From contig NC_057717.1 of assembly GCF_004010195.1 (NCBI RefSeq), positions 104,941,904 to 105,005,903 on the forward strand: a stretch of 64,000 bases of DNA, given 5' to 3'. Below are positions 49,461-62,881 of this stretch, piece by piece. Within the stretch, counting starts at the first letter, position 1; each line of letters begins with the position of its first letter. The DNA is from Chiloscyllium plagiosum. Its lineage: Eukaryota. The notes under the pieces were generated by a model. It did not search any database, was not told the origin of the DNA, and worked only from the letters and a program-made list of their open reading frames with translations. The translations under genes were made by a program, and so were the position numbers.

Positions 49461-51140
49461 TGATTTGATTTGATTTATTCCTATCACGTGTACCAAGGTA
49501 CAATGAAAAGTGTTGTCTAAGGTGCTTTACTGGCAGATCATATTATAAAGTCCATAAGGGTAACAGAACAGAGTGGAGGATGCAATATTTACAGTATCTG
49601 AGAAGGTGCAGAGAGCCATCAACATTAATAATAGAGGTCCATCCAAATGTGTGATAACAGCAGGTAAGAAGCTGTTCTAGAATCTGGTTGTGCATGTAAA
49701 GAAACTTTTATATTTTCTCCCCAATGGAAGAGGGTGGAAGAGAGAATAACCAGGGTAGAAGCAGAGGGACACCAGGGTGTCTTTGATTATTTTGGTTGTT
49801 TTCCAGTGTTGGATGCAGCAGGAAGTACAGATGAAGTCAATGAATAGGAGGCTGGTCGGTGTGATGGATTGGGCTGTGTTCACAACTCTCTGTATTTCTT
49901 TTGGTCTTGGGGAGAGCAGTTGTCATACCATGCTGTGATGCATCCAGATAGGATGCTTGCAATGGTGCATCTATAAAAATTTGAAAGAGTCTTTAAGGAC
50001 ATGCTGAATTTCCTTCGCCTTCTGAAGTAGAGTTGTTGTTGTACTTTCTTGACATTAGTGTCAACGTGGGTAGACCAGACAGATTATTGGTAATCGTAAT
50101 TCCCAGGAACTTGATGTTATCAACCATCTCCACCTCAATACCATTGATGCAGACAGGGGCATGCCCTCCACTCCGATTACTGAAGTCAATTACCACCTCC
50201 TTCATTTTTCTGATGTTAATGGAGAGATTGTTGTCTTTATACCATGCCGCTAAACAATCTCTTTCCTGTATTCTGTCTCATCATTATTTGAGATCCAACC
50301 TACCGCGAAACTATCGTCAGCAAACTTGAAAATGGAATTGGAGTGTGTACAAGGAGTTTGGTACAGGGCTGAGTATGCAGCCACGTGGGGAACCAGCGTT
50401 GAGGATTGTTGTGGAGGAGGTGTTGTCACCTATCCTTACTGACTGTGGTCTATTGGCCAGAAAGTCAAGAATCCAGTTACAGAAAGTGGAGTGGAGACCT
50501 AGATCTGGAGTTTGGAAATGAGTTTGTTTGGAATTGTGGTGTTGAAGGTGGAGCTGAACTCAATAAGCAGGAGCCTGGCATAGGTTTCCTAGTTATGTAG
50601 ATGTTCCAGGCATGAGTGTAGGGAGATGGTGTCTGCGGTATACCTGTTGTGCCAGTAAGCATATTGCAAGAGATCAAGGTAAACTAGGAGGCTGGAGTTG
50701 ATATGAGCCATGACCAACTTTTCAAAGCAATTCATAATTATCCATTTCAGAGCCACCAGACGGTAGTCATTGAGGCATTCTGCATGATTTTTATTTGGCA
50801 CTGGGGTGGTGGTCTTTTTGCAGCAGATGGGGACTTCAGATCATAGTAAGGAGAGGTTGAAGATGTCTGGAAACACTCCTGCCAGCTGGTCCTACCAGGA
50901 CCTGAGTGCATGGCTGGGTACTCCATCTGGGCCGGTCTCTTTCTATGGGTTCACCCTTAAGAAAGCCGAACTAACATCTGTGGTGGTGACCAAGGGTACA
51001 GGCTAATGGGACAGGTGATAGTATTTCACTGTCTTTCTGTTCAAAGCAAGCGTACAATGCTTCAAGCTCATTGGGTAGGAATGTACTGTTGCCTCGAATT
51101 CGTTTCGACTTCGCTTAGTAGTGAATGTTGTGTAAACTTC
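49461..51140 (-). mobile_element. Rex1/Babar-like non-LTR retrotransposon, degenerate
   Basis: CLNDYRLVAL..IIMNCFEKLV, LDLLQYAY, KFADD and KEVVIDF...IKFLG; aataaa(tcaaa)n tail. Confidence 0.8.
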
Positions 51141-51142
51141 AT

Positions 51143-51620
51143 GTCATAGAGTCATGGAGATGTACAGCATGGAAACAGACCCTTCGGTCCAACCCGTCCA
51201 TGCCGACCAGATATCCCAACCCAATCTAGCCCCACCTGCCAGCACCCTGTCCATATCTCTCCAAACTCTTCCTATTCATATACCTATCCAAATGCCTCTT
51301 AAATGTTGCAATTGTACCAGCCTCCATCACATCCTCTGGCAGCTCATTCCATACACGTACCACCCTCTACGTGAAAACGTTGCCCCTTAGGTCTCTTTTA
51401 TATCTTTCCCCTCTCACCCTAAACCTATGCCCTCTAGTTCTGGACTCCCTGGCCCCAGGGAAAAGACTTTGTCTATTTAACCTACCCATGCCCCTCATAA
51501 TTGTGTAAACCTCTATAAGGTCACCCCTCAGCCTCCGACGCTCCAGGGAAAACAGCCCCAGCCTGTTCAGCCTCTCTCTGTAGCTCAGATCCTCCAACCC
51601 TGGCAACATCCTTGTAAATC
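51143..51620 (-). mobile_element. HER1/CR1 LINE 3' end
   Basis: MLPGLEDLSYRERLNRLGLFSLERRRLRGDL; short tcatg direct repeat at the flanks. Confidence 0.9.
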
Positions 51621-52073
51621 ATGCACATGTTTCAATCAGGAGCGTCAAGATCCCTGGATGTTTTGTCTTGTCACTACCTTCAGGCAATAAGTCTAATTAA
51701 TTCCAACTTTTCTGTCTTTGCTATTCATTGACTTTGGGCCATTCATGTTCTTGAGACACCAAGCTTTAATATATTACTCATACTTATTATCAAGATTGTC
51801 AATCACTGAAAAAGATGCTACTTGATAGTCTCCTCTCTCCTCCCCATCCCAAAGTATCCAGAGTAACATGAGGTGACTGAATGTGTGGATAGAAAGATAA
51901 AATTTCAGTTCTAGCTGAAATTCTCTTTCGCTATGAGAATAACTGTACTTTGATCTTTAATTTTTTTAAGGTACAAAACTCTGCATCTCAGGTGGGACTT
52001 CTAAAATAAACTTTATACATGATCAATGATTTCAAATTCTTGAAACCTATGGAATCATGCCACAGGATGTTTT

Positions 52074-52283
52074 CTTATTCACACCATCTTGATAGCAATG
52101 GACTATTGCTTATTCACATAGTTTCCTTGGCAACTAGCCACTGCTCATTCATAACTGTTACCATGTCAATAGGCCATAACTCATTCATAATGGTTACTAT
52201 GCCAATGGACATATGCTCATTCATATAATTTCCACAGCAAAAAACTGAGGCTCAACAATCGCGTCACTATGACAATATGCTTA
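52074..52283. repeat. Degenerate tandem repeat, about 6 units of 35-36 bp, with X-box-like palindromes
   Basis: Units start ct(t/c)attca at 52074, 52109, 52144, 52180 and 52216, with a weaker unit at 52251. Confidence 0.8.
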
Positions 52284-53914
52284 CAATCTGTGTAAATGCA
52301 TAATGGGTTGAGTTGGGAGAAAGAGAAGAAAGAAGTCACTTTGATTTATTCTGCTGTATATAAGGAATGATCTCTGGATTATGGTGAAACAGATGAGCAT
52401 CTGCTTTGACTGTTTGTATACCAATAAGCATTGTAGTAACTGGTAAATCCATGGTAGATCGTGAAAGGTAAGTCTTCTCTTATTCTAGATTTCGATATTG
52501 AGATTATTCCTTTTACAATTTAAGATGTCAGCATATCAAGCTCAAATGTTACTGCTTTGAATGACACAGCTTAAGGTTATTGGCACTCTTAGAATTTTAT
52601 TATTCAGAAATTGAAGTTATGCTCAAAACTGAATCTGGAGCAAAGTTGAATATTACTTATCCTTTCAGCAGGTCTAGCTCTGCTTCACTGATGTCAGGTC
52701 ACATTCAGATTGTAGATTTAGGTTGCGTCTAGCTAATAAATGGGTGAGAAGTGAAACTGATTTACATGAAGATAAATCTATTGTAAATGCAATACTCTGT
52801 ACAGACAATTGTCCACAAATTGGGAGCAGAGTTGTCAGGTTTAGATTCATAATGAGATTGATCCATTCTTCCTGCTCTTAGACATTCTGATTAATTGAAA
52901 GCTCACCTTTTATGTTTTCTAATTTGAAATTTATTGTGTATCCTAAAATGTGGACAACCTGTTCCTGACATTGTTGTACCTTCACAGAAAACAAGATCTG
53001 AAGAGCAGTCTCTCAGCTCAACAGGCCCCATCTTATTTATGAAACCACTAATCCAGATATGCTTACTAGTGATATACAAGATGAATCATAGAGTGCAAAT
53101 AAGCATGAGAATCTGGAAGAAAAACACATCTTTACAGTGATGATTTCTTCGGCCAAGAAGCAGGAACAGAGTCTTCAGGAAATATGGAAGCATGGGTCTC
53201 ATGTTCAAGCAGTGGAAACAATCCCGTCTTGTGCATTTTAGGTGATGCATAGGTTGAAAGAGCGCACAAATTATATCTGCACACTATAAAGAATATAATA
53301 ATGAACATTGGTAGTTATCTAGGAGATAACTGGAGCTTATAAGTGTCGAGAAATTGTGTTCGGGATTGGTAGCACTGATTGTTATAAAGAAAACCAGGTA
53401 ATAAATGCTAGAAATTGAGATGATCTTTATGCACCTAATAAGCATTTATTTACAGTCATAAAAATTGCAAACTTGCAACTGGCCCTAATAACATAGCTTA
53501 AGCATTTTCTATTCAGAATAACGTATGTAAATCCCCAGTTAACGCTCACAACCTAAGTACAATTGAACAAAATTAATATGAAATTAATAACAACTTCCAG
53601 AAAATGACCCTAAAAACATGTTAGAAAAACTTTAAGAAATAATAGCCCACTTTAATACACAAACTAATGCTGAATGCTTTGGGGCTTTAATGAATGATTG
53701 CAGATAATAATATCACTGATCATAGTCTTTAAATGACTTTCAGTGGTTGCACAGGAGGCAGTACATGGCCTGGGCCTCCTGGGAGATATTCAATCTTCAA
53801 GTAATGTAACACCAAGAGTAGTTCCTTACAAGAATACCATCAAACAAAAATTCATAAGAGCTCCATAAGTACAGTTTCACTCAACCATAGTCCTGGCAGC
53901 GAGACCGCTTAGAA

Positions 53915-55409
53915 ATAGACAATAGACAATAGGTGCAGGAGTAGGCCATTCAGCCCTTCGAGCCTGTACCGCCATTCATTATGATCATGGCTGATCATTC
54001 CTAATCATTATCCTCTTCCTGCCTTATCTCCATAACCCTTGATTCCACTATCTTTGAGAGCTCTATCCAACTCTTTCTTAAATGAATCCAGAGACTGGGC
54101 CTCCACTGCCCTCTGGGGCAGAGCATTCCACACAGCCACACTCTCTGGGTGAAGAAGTTTCTCCCCATCTCTGTCCTAAATGGTCTACCCCGTATTTTTA
54201 AGCTGTGTCCTCTAGTTCGGCACTCACCCATCAGNNNNNNNNNNNNNNNNNNNNNNNNNNNNNNNNNNNNNNNNNNNNNNNNNNNNNNNNNNNNNNNNNN
54301 NNNNNNNNNNNNNNNNNNNNNNNNNNNNNNNNNNNNNNNNNNNNNNNNNNNNNNNNNNNNNNNNNNNNNNNNNNNNNNNNNNNNNNNNNNNNNNNNNNNN
54401 NNNNNNNNNNNNNNNNNNNNNNNNNNNNNNNNNNNNNNNNNNNNNNNNNNNNNNNNNNNNNNNNNNNNNNNNNNNNNNNNNNNNNNNNNNNNNNNNNNNN
54501 NNNNNNNNNNNNNNNNNNNNNNNNNNNNNNNNNNNNNNNNNNNNNNNNNNNNNNNNNNNNNNNNNNNNNNNNNNNNNNNNNNNNNNNNNNNNNNNNNNNN
54601 NNNNNNNNNNNNNNNNNNNNNNNNNNNNNNNNNNNNNNNNNNNNNNNNNNNNNNNNNNNNNNNNNNNNNNNNNNNNNNNNNNNNNNNNNNNNNNNNNNNN
54701 NNNNNNNNNNNNNNNNNNNNNNNNNNNNNNNNNNNNNNNNNNNNNNNNNNNNNNNNNNNNNNNNNNNNNNNNNNNNNNNNNNNNNNNNNNNNNNNNNNNN
54801 NNNNNNNNNNNNNNNNNNNNNNNNNNNNNNNNNNNNNNNNNNNNNNNNNNNNNNNNNNNNNNNNNNNNATGTGGGACTTTATCAAAGGCTTTCTGAAAGT
54901 CCAGGTATACTACATCCACTGGATCTTCCTTGTCCGTCTTCAAAGTTACATCCTCAAAAGATTCCAGAAGATTAGTCAAGCATGATTTCCTTTTCATAAA
55001 TCCATGCTGACTCTGTCCTATCCTGTTACTACTATCCAGATGTGCCGTAATTTCATCCTTTATAATAGACTCCAGCATCTTTCCCACCACTGAGGTCAGA
55101 CTAACTGGTCTATAATTTCCTGCTTTCTCTCTCCCACCTTTCTTAAAAAGTGATATAACATTAGCCACCCTCCAATCCTCAGGAACCGACCCTGAATCTA
55201 TCGAACTCTGGAAAATAATCACCAACGCATCCACGATTTCCCGAGCCACCTCCTTCAGTACCCTGGGATGTAAACCATCAGTCCCCGGAGACTGATCAAC
55301 CTTCAGACCTAACAGTCTTCCAACACCAAATCCTGGCAAATATAAATTCCCTTAAGTTCAGGTCCTTCAGCCACTGTTACCTCAGGGAGATTGCTTGTGT
55401 TTTCCCCAG
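53915..55409 (-). mobile_element. Young 5'-truncated CR1 LINE, same subfamily as 9492-11278, with an assembly gap
   Basis: HPRVLKEVAREIVDAL...YLDFQKAFDKVPH; (CTATTGT)n tail; TSD ttagaa at 53909-53914 and 55410-55415. Confidence 0.93.
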
Positions 55410-55562
55410 TTAGAATCAAGCATAGCAAGAAAAGTAGTAGTTGTAATAGTGATAATGGTGCAATACAGTTAAATGAAGGGACATGAGTATATAAATATTT
55501 GACAATTCAGTCCATTTAGTGCATCTTATGAATTAAAGGCTCATATTATATATTATATATTA

Positions 55563-55870
55563 GGGCAGCACAGTGGCTCAGTGATTAGCACTACTGCCTC
55601 ACACCCAGGAACCCAGGCTCGATTCCAGCCTCAGGCATCTGTCCATGTGGAGTTTGCACATTCTCCCCATGTCCGCGTGGGTTTCCTCTGGGTGCTTCAG
55701 TTTCTTCCCACAATTCAAAGATGTACAGGTTAGGTGAATTGGCCATGCTAAATTGCACATAGTGTTCATGGATGTGTAGGTTAGGTGCATTAGTCAAGGG
55801 AATGGGCCTTGTTAAATTACCTTCAGATGGTTGGTGTGAACCTGTTTCCACATTGCAGGGATTCTATGAT
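55563..55870 (+). mobile_element. HE1-type SINE
   Basis: gggcagcacagtggctcagtgattagc head and gggattctatgatt tail. Confidence 0.85.
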
Positions 55871-58699
55871 TATCCTTCCTAACAGCAATTCATGTTTGGA
55901 AATTTCCTTTTCCTGAGACATGGCAGTGGCATCACAGAACTGGTCACAGTCATTTGAGAAAAAAAGCAAGCAATATTTGGGACACTTCTGATTTCTGTAG
56001 TTATGGGGTTGTTACTTCTAAAAGAAAAATTTGCTGACAATGCTTTACCTGATGGTGTGTGCATCAGCTTCTCCTGAGCGTCCACTTCTTGATCAAGAAA
56101 CTGGTCTCCAGCATTTTCTTCTTGTTTTCTTTCTGTGCTTGGAAGGCTCACTCCCTTTGTAATATGGCCAAATTATGAAGAATATAGCAATTCTTGATTG
56201 TAATTCTTGAACTGTTATGAATGATACGATGGGGTGCCCTAACTGATCTACATGATGGAAAGGACATCTTTCTTTCAAGCGTGGGATGTGGGCTCACTGG
56301 ATAGGTCAGCATTTGTTGCCAATCCCATTTATTACCCAAAGGAGATAGTACTGAGCTGCCTTCTTGAACTATTGCAGTCAGTGGATACCTTAGGCTGCTC
56401 AAGTCCAATCAGGCAGTGCTCTTTTGGCCTTCATAAAATGATAGAAATGAGTTATTGCACTGAAATGAATATGCTGTCCACTGTCTGCTTGCCCTTTTTT
56501 AACAATACAGCAGCTTCAGTTTACCCAAGAATAAGATAATCATGATTGCCTAAGTTAATAAATGTACTGACACTTAGAATATGATAGCTTCCCGCACATT
56601 TAGAAAATTAAGCTGCATATGAAATTCTTAGCCTTTTCAGTTATGGCCCTAATATCACCCTAAACTTATGGAAATTCGGCTTATAAAAGGAAGCGCTTGT
56701 GGCATGAATGCTGAAATTTGCAAGCAGTAATGTCTCAAAATGCCCCTTTTAACTGAATTTTAACATTCTGAAATAGAGGATGGTGAAGTCATGATAAATA
56801 ACCCCAGTTTGGACACACTCCAGTAATCAGGTTGCCATGGGGAGAAAGACTCAAACAGAAAACTGTTGAAGTGTCCAGCTTCAATTTTAACATCTTTCCA
56901 CAATCACTCACAGAAAAAAGGCAGCTGCTGTTATAGATACAGAAACAAAGGGTATGGGAGAGCCAGTGAACTGTTTTGTTTTAACAACCTGAGGAGTTTG
57001 ATTTCCATGAAAATTGAAGGTAATAACCAGGCTGAACTCTTGAAGATATAGGAAATGGGAAGTTTCTGTGGTGCACCTTATTGGTGATATTCAGATCTGG
57101 AAAACTAAAACAGCAGAATGATTGTTGAAGGACCCCGGAAGTTTTGACCTGTCCTGTTGGGGAGAAATGATCCTGCTAGGTTGTTAGGAGTGATCATGGG
57201 GAATGGTTCTTACTGTGTTGTTGATGTCTACAAGGATTGGAAGACTTGACAGCCTTCCTTTTTGTTTTGCTCGGCACATAAATAAGTTACTAAATGCAGG
57301 GAGCTGTCTGAACGCAACACTCTTTTCCTGTGTAATGCATCATTACAATGTTTATTGATCAACTATGATTAATGACACTAGAAACTGTAAAACATATAGA
57401 TGAATAATAATTTAGTGCTGCTGTTGTCACCTTTACATACACTGACAAGTCTATTATTCTGGTGGAAAATTACTACAGGTCTGGTTCCCAGATGACATAT
57501 CTCAGTAGTCCAGAGACACTTTTAACCTCCTCAGGTACTGTTTATAAGAAAAACTCAGGCAGATCCTTCTGTCTATAGACTTTATGGCATGGCTATCTAT
57601 CTATATGTCAAAAGTTTCTGATTATAAGGTGTTACAATCCCTCGGCTTTCTTCCATGTCCCCATTATAATTAACAACTTTGTGAAAAGACAGTAAGTTAA
57701 CATAGTGAAACATCAATATTTTATTCTATTTCAATAAAATCCAAACAAATTTTAAAATCACTGAGTAGATGACTGAGGAGATGGTTGAGACTTATTAGGG
57801 CAGACTTTTCCCCTCCTGAGAAATGGCAGGAAATATGGGAGGGAAAGACAGAGAAAAGAGCAAGTTGACACCAGGGAGATACCCACTTTCTTCCCACCAT
57901 CTCACAAATTAAGTCCTGGGTGGGAAGACCGACGGTAGACATTGTTGCCTTGCCACTAATTAAGTCTCTTAACTGGTCAGTTTACTCAACCACCAGGACA
58001 AGAAACAGTTTCCCTACTCAACTGTAATCAATGTGTGGATAGATATCAGTTTGTACGGTTGGGTGGGTGGACAGTCCCATTAGTGTGAGGGAATGAGGGA
58101 ATGGACATAAGGCAGGGTTGTAATCTTTGACAGCCATCTCCCTTGTCCCCACTTCAGACACATCTCATCTCCCTCTCCCTGCTACTCCCTGAAACCTCAC
58201 TCACACCTTCAAATAACAACTATCATCTTCGTTCTAATCCTCCCTCTGGAGATCTCGGGAGTGGTGCCCCAACAGCTGTGGCTTCCTTTGTGGCACTCCC
58301 AAGTTCTCAAGATTTCAGCCTCTGACTGGATGGACTCCAAAGATGGAAAAATCCCACCCTTAGTGTGGGTCAGGATATGGGCAGTAATTATGCATAAGGT
58401 TAAGTTTACAGAGGATGTAAGAATGGTATCTACCTAGTAAGTCAGAGAAATTGCCTGCATAACGCAACCAAATATTAAAATGAAAATCAATAGGTCGGAT
58501 GGAGGTCATTGGAGAGAAGTTACTCCACTTAATTTTTGGGCTGGAGGGCAGGATCTGATTGAAGTGTCAAAAGTCTCATGAGTTGGCGAGAGAGCAGTGA
58601 ATTACTTACCCAAATCACCAATGAATCTTCCCCTGGAGTCAAGTCTGCATGTTAAATGTCCCACCTAGTCAGAGCTGCTGGCCGATCAGAGGTCATAAT

Positions 58700-59035
58700 T
58701 TCTTTTTATTCAGTCACAAGAATGTGGGCTTCACTGGCTAGACCAGTATTCATTACCCATGCCTAACTGAGAATCAACAATATTGCTGTGGTTCCAGAGT
58801 CACATGTAGACCAGACCAGGTAAAGACAGCAGTTGCCTTCCCTAAAGAACATTTGTGAACCAGATAGATTTTTTCCTGACATCTGACAATAGCATTAGAC
58901 TCTTACTTCAGACGTTTTTCTGTAGATTGTAAATTCTATTATTTGCCATGGTAGGATTCAAACCTGGGGTCCAGAATATTATCTGGATCTCTAGATTAAT
59001 ATTCTAGTGGTAATACCATTAGGCTATCACCTCCC
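58700..59035 (-). mobile_element. Second-family tRNA SINE
   Basis: Homologous to 14815-15277 in reverse. Confidence 0.7.
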
Positions 59036-61009
59036 CAACAAGTACACCATTTACCTTCCTGTTCCAGAGTCCCAGGATCACAGAATATCCAAAGGCCTCT
59101 CCAGTTGCGGTTACAAGGAGAGTAGGGTGGTGACATGGCTCCCAGTTGGCATGATGTCCAGTCCTTTGATTAGGCTGCCCACAGAGAAGCAGCTGTTGTA
59201 CATGGTAACAAGGGAAAAGGTCAACCATAGGCCTTCCTTCCCAGGATTTAATTCTGACAGAGGTGGGAAGGTGGTGGAATTTAGTAAAGAAAACCCGTTC
59301 ACCTCCAAATAAATTCCTTTCCCACCTCTTAGCTTGCTGCAGAAAGCTTGCTCTTAATTTGATCAAATGGCCTTTGAACTGCCAAAGTATAATGGCTCCA
59401 GCAAGGAAAATACAGGCCTCATTATCAGTAACGTGCAACGCTGAAATAATCAAATCCACATAAGCACATTAGAGAAATAGGACAGATAGTTAAAGACAGG
59501 TAAATATGGCAACCTTGCATCCAAAGTGAAACTAAATGTAACCAATGGCACAGAGCCTTGCTGGTGTTGGCAATTTTTATAAACATGCCATTTAATTTGT
59601 TTTCTTTTTCTATAGCCTGGCACACAAACACTCATCCTTATTAATTATTTATGGAAATCTGCTTATCTGAGTTTATGCCAATTGTGAGAGAAAATCACAA
59701 CCAACTGAAAGCCCTGGTTTCTGACATAAATATAACATAGTTTCTTTGAATTTTGTTTTATTTTTCAACCTGACATTCAGTTTGGATTCCACAAGGGCCA
59801 TTCAGTACCATTAAAGTCTTGATTAAAACATGGGCAAAAGAGATGAATTTCAGAGGTGATGTGTAAATGACTTTCTGATTAATGCCTCATTTTGACTGTG
59901 GCATCAAGGAATCCTAGCAAAAAGACATCAATGGAAATTGAGTGAAAACTCTCTGCTGGTTGGAGTCATACCTAATATAAAGAAATGTGTTATGGTTGTT
60001 GGAAGTCAATCATCTCAGCTTACGTGTATCACTCTGCAGCACTAACTTGTCAGAGGCATTGCACAATACTTTGGGACCATACTTTCTAGCATGAATGTGG
60101 TGGCCAACACCATGCAGAGACTTGTGAAACAATCCATGATGCAGCAGTGTATGGCTAGTAATGCAGTTTCCATTTTATCCCAAATAAACAGCCACCTAGC
60201 ACCTGGGTGTTGCAGTCCAGTCCAGCTTTCTAGCCATCCTGACTGTAGATTGAAGTATTTAAAAAGACTTGATAGATCTCCCAGTAGTCCGGCAATCTGT
60301 CCTTCATAAGGATTGCTGAAATTAAAACATAGTGGATGTTATCATCTAGTATGGTCTGGCTAGGAAGTCTGACACCTTACGAAACTAGAAAAGCCTGATA
60401 TATTATTAAGGGTTAATTGGATGAGAACTGGGAGCATAAACATGGAGAGCAATTAATTAATTTAAGGTGCATAAACTAGAAATAAAACTCTGACTAGAAA
60501 CGTATACAACTGGACTCTGTCTAACAAGCAATTTAATCTCTGGTATTTAATAATGGTGTCATCATGACTCCAAAATGCATGCAACAACTGTTTTGTATCT
60601 GTAACATAACATTTATCCTCGTACACTTGCCAAAGTATATGCAATCACTGTCCTCTATCCTCCTACCCCTGCGATTACACCAGTGGCCCTGTTCTGGTCT
60701 AATCCTGACCAGGACCAGCCTAGACTGCCACCATTCATGCAAACATGGTGCAGTACAAAGCCCAGAGCTGCTTATGGCTGTCCTTAAAGGATATTTGTAA
60801 GCAAAATGACCAGATTTTATGTATAGGTTTATAATGGGGTGGCTATTTTGATGGGACTTTTATTTTTGCATTGTTACTAAGAGGACATTTTGATGTTTAA
60901 TGACAAGGAAAGGTATGGTACAGGTTATGGTGAAAGATCATCAATTCATTGTATTAGTTCTACTTTGCATCTGATGTTTGAGCAGTTCTTGTTTTTATTT
61001 CATGAGTCA

Positions 61010-62881
61010 CCAGGCATGAGGCCTTCAGATCAGGAGACCCACTCAAATATAAGGAATCCAAGTATGACCTTCACAGAGCCATTAAGACAGCCAAGGACCA
61101 ATACCGCTCCAAACTAGAGACCCAGACAGACACCCGGAGATGATGGCAAGGACTGAATGACATCACAGGTTTTAAAAAGAGACAGTGCAAGACAGCAGAT
61201 GATGACTATCCCTCTCAGATCATCTCAACGCCTTCTATGCTCACTTTAAGCAGAATTTTGGCGGAGAGTTAACACCTATTCTGACAAGTTCTGATGAACC
61301 TATCACAACAGTCACTGCATCAGGGGTCAGATCAGTTCTCCTTCATGTGAATCCAAGGAAAGCGATGGGACCAGACGGAGTACCAGGCCGTGCACTCAGA
61401 GCACGCACAGATCAACTGGCAGAGATTTTCTCAGACATCTTCAACTCTCCCTGCAGCAGGCCACTGTCCCTGCCTGTTTCAAAAGGACCAACATCATCCC
61501 TGTGCCTAAGAAGGCTCATGCAGCATGTGTCAATGACTACCGCCCAGTGGCCCTAACTTTAGTAGTCATGAAGTGCTTTGAAAGGCTGGTCATGGCATTA
61601 ATCAACTCCAGCCTCCCTACTACTCTTGACCCACTCCAATTTGCCTATTGGACCAAAAGATCCAAGTCAGATGCCATATCACTTGCCCTTCACTCCTCCC
61701 TAGAACATCTTGACACCAAGAACAGCTACGTAAGAATCCTCTATTCCTGATAAAGGGCTTTTGCCTGAAACATCGATTTTCCTGCCTGACATGCTGTGCT
61801 TTTCCAGCACCACTCTGATCTAAACAAATGTAAGAATCCTAGTCATTGACTACAGTTCAGCCTTCAACACTATTATCCCTTCAAGACTGATTACTAAACT
61901 TAGTGATCTCGGACTAAGCCCCACTCTCTGCAACTGGATCCTCAGCTCCTGACCCACAGGCCACAATTAGTGATGACTGGGGACAATATTTCATCCTCAC
62001 TAACACTCAATACTGCAGCACCCCCAGGGGTGCGTACTCAGCCCCCTACTGTACTCACTGTATACCCACCATACCACCATAGTCAGTTGAATCTCAGACG
62101 GCGACAAAACAGACTACAGACGGGAGGTGGAAGACCTGGAAAAATGGTGCACTGAGAACAACCTAGCTCTCAATGTCAGCAAAACCAAGGAACTCATTAT
62201 TGACTTTTGGCGGGATGTTACTCATGCTCCCCTCCACATTAACAGCACAGAAGTGGAACGAGTGGAGAGTGTCAAGCTCCTGGGTGTGGTCATCCACAAT
62301 AAGCTTTCTTGGACTCTTCATGTGGACGCACTGGTTACAAAAGCCTAACAACGTCTCTTCTTCCTCAGGCAGCTGAGGAAATTTGGCATGATGCGAATAC
62401 CTTTACCAACTTTTATAGGTGTGCCATCGAGGATATTCTACCTGGTATGGCAACTGTACCATTCAAGATCGGAGACGGTTACAGAGAGTGGTGAACTCAG
62501 CCCGGACAATCACAAAAGCCAACCTCCCATCGATAGAATCCATCTACCAGGTCCGCGGTCAAGGAAAGGCCGCCAGCATTCTCAAAGATCCATCCCACCC
62601 TGGCAATGGTTTTCTACAACCTCTACTATCGGGGAGAAGGTACAGAAGCCTGAACACACGCACCAACCGGTTTCAAAACAGTTTCTACCCTATTGTTGTT
62701 AGAATGCTGGATCAAGTCACAAACTCTTACCATTTGCCTGTACCTGTGTTTTTGTATTTGCTACTGTTTATCTATTATTTACTTATCTATACTACATAAC
62801 TCTGTGATCTGCCTGTATTGCTCACAAGACAAAGCTTTTCACTGTGCCTCGGTACACGTGACAATAAATTCAATTCAATTC
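61010..62881 (+). mobile_element. Rex1/Babar-like non-LTR retrotransposon, 5'-truncated
   Basis: [43 protein letters not shown] and RFQNSFYP; aataaa(ttcaa)n tail. The FADD region appears deleted. Confidence 0.88.
61741..61829 (+). mobile_element. Short PLE pseudo-LTR insertion (family A, hammerhead-headed) in the Rex1-like LINE
   Basis: ctattcCTGATAAagggcttttgcctGAAACATCgatt...; exact 11-bp TSD gtaagaatcct at 61730-61740 and 61830-61840. Confidence 0.88.

Noticed and set aside
52074..52283. CRISPR-like array
   Set aside because: Eukaryotic context, no cas genes, and the units diverge along their whole length with no repeat-spacer structure.
54001..55339. Long ORFs of 256-371 aa
   Set aside because: Lengths are inflated by the N-gap; the real sequence is CR1 ORF2.
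56049..56154. Purine-rich exon-like segment on the minus strand with a cag|gtaaag donor
   Set aside because: Weak acceptor, 106 nt, and the peptide does not resemble Cav2 exon 3.
56563..57637. Possible TG...CA solo LTR
   Set aside because: No TSD or second copy found, so it cannot be supported.
59007..59463. Overlapping ORFs of 65-146 aa
   Set aside because: No recognisable domain or splice structure; the start overlaps a SINE.
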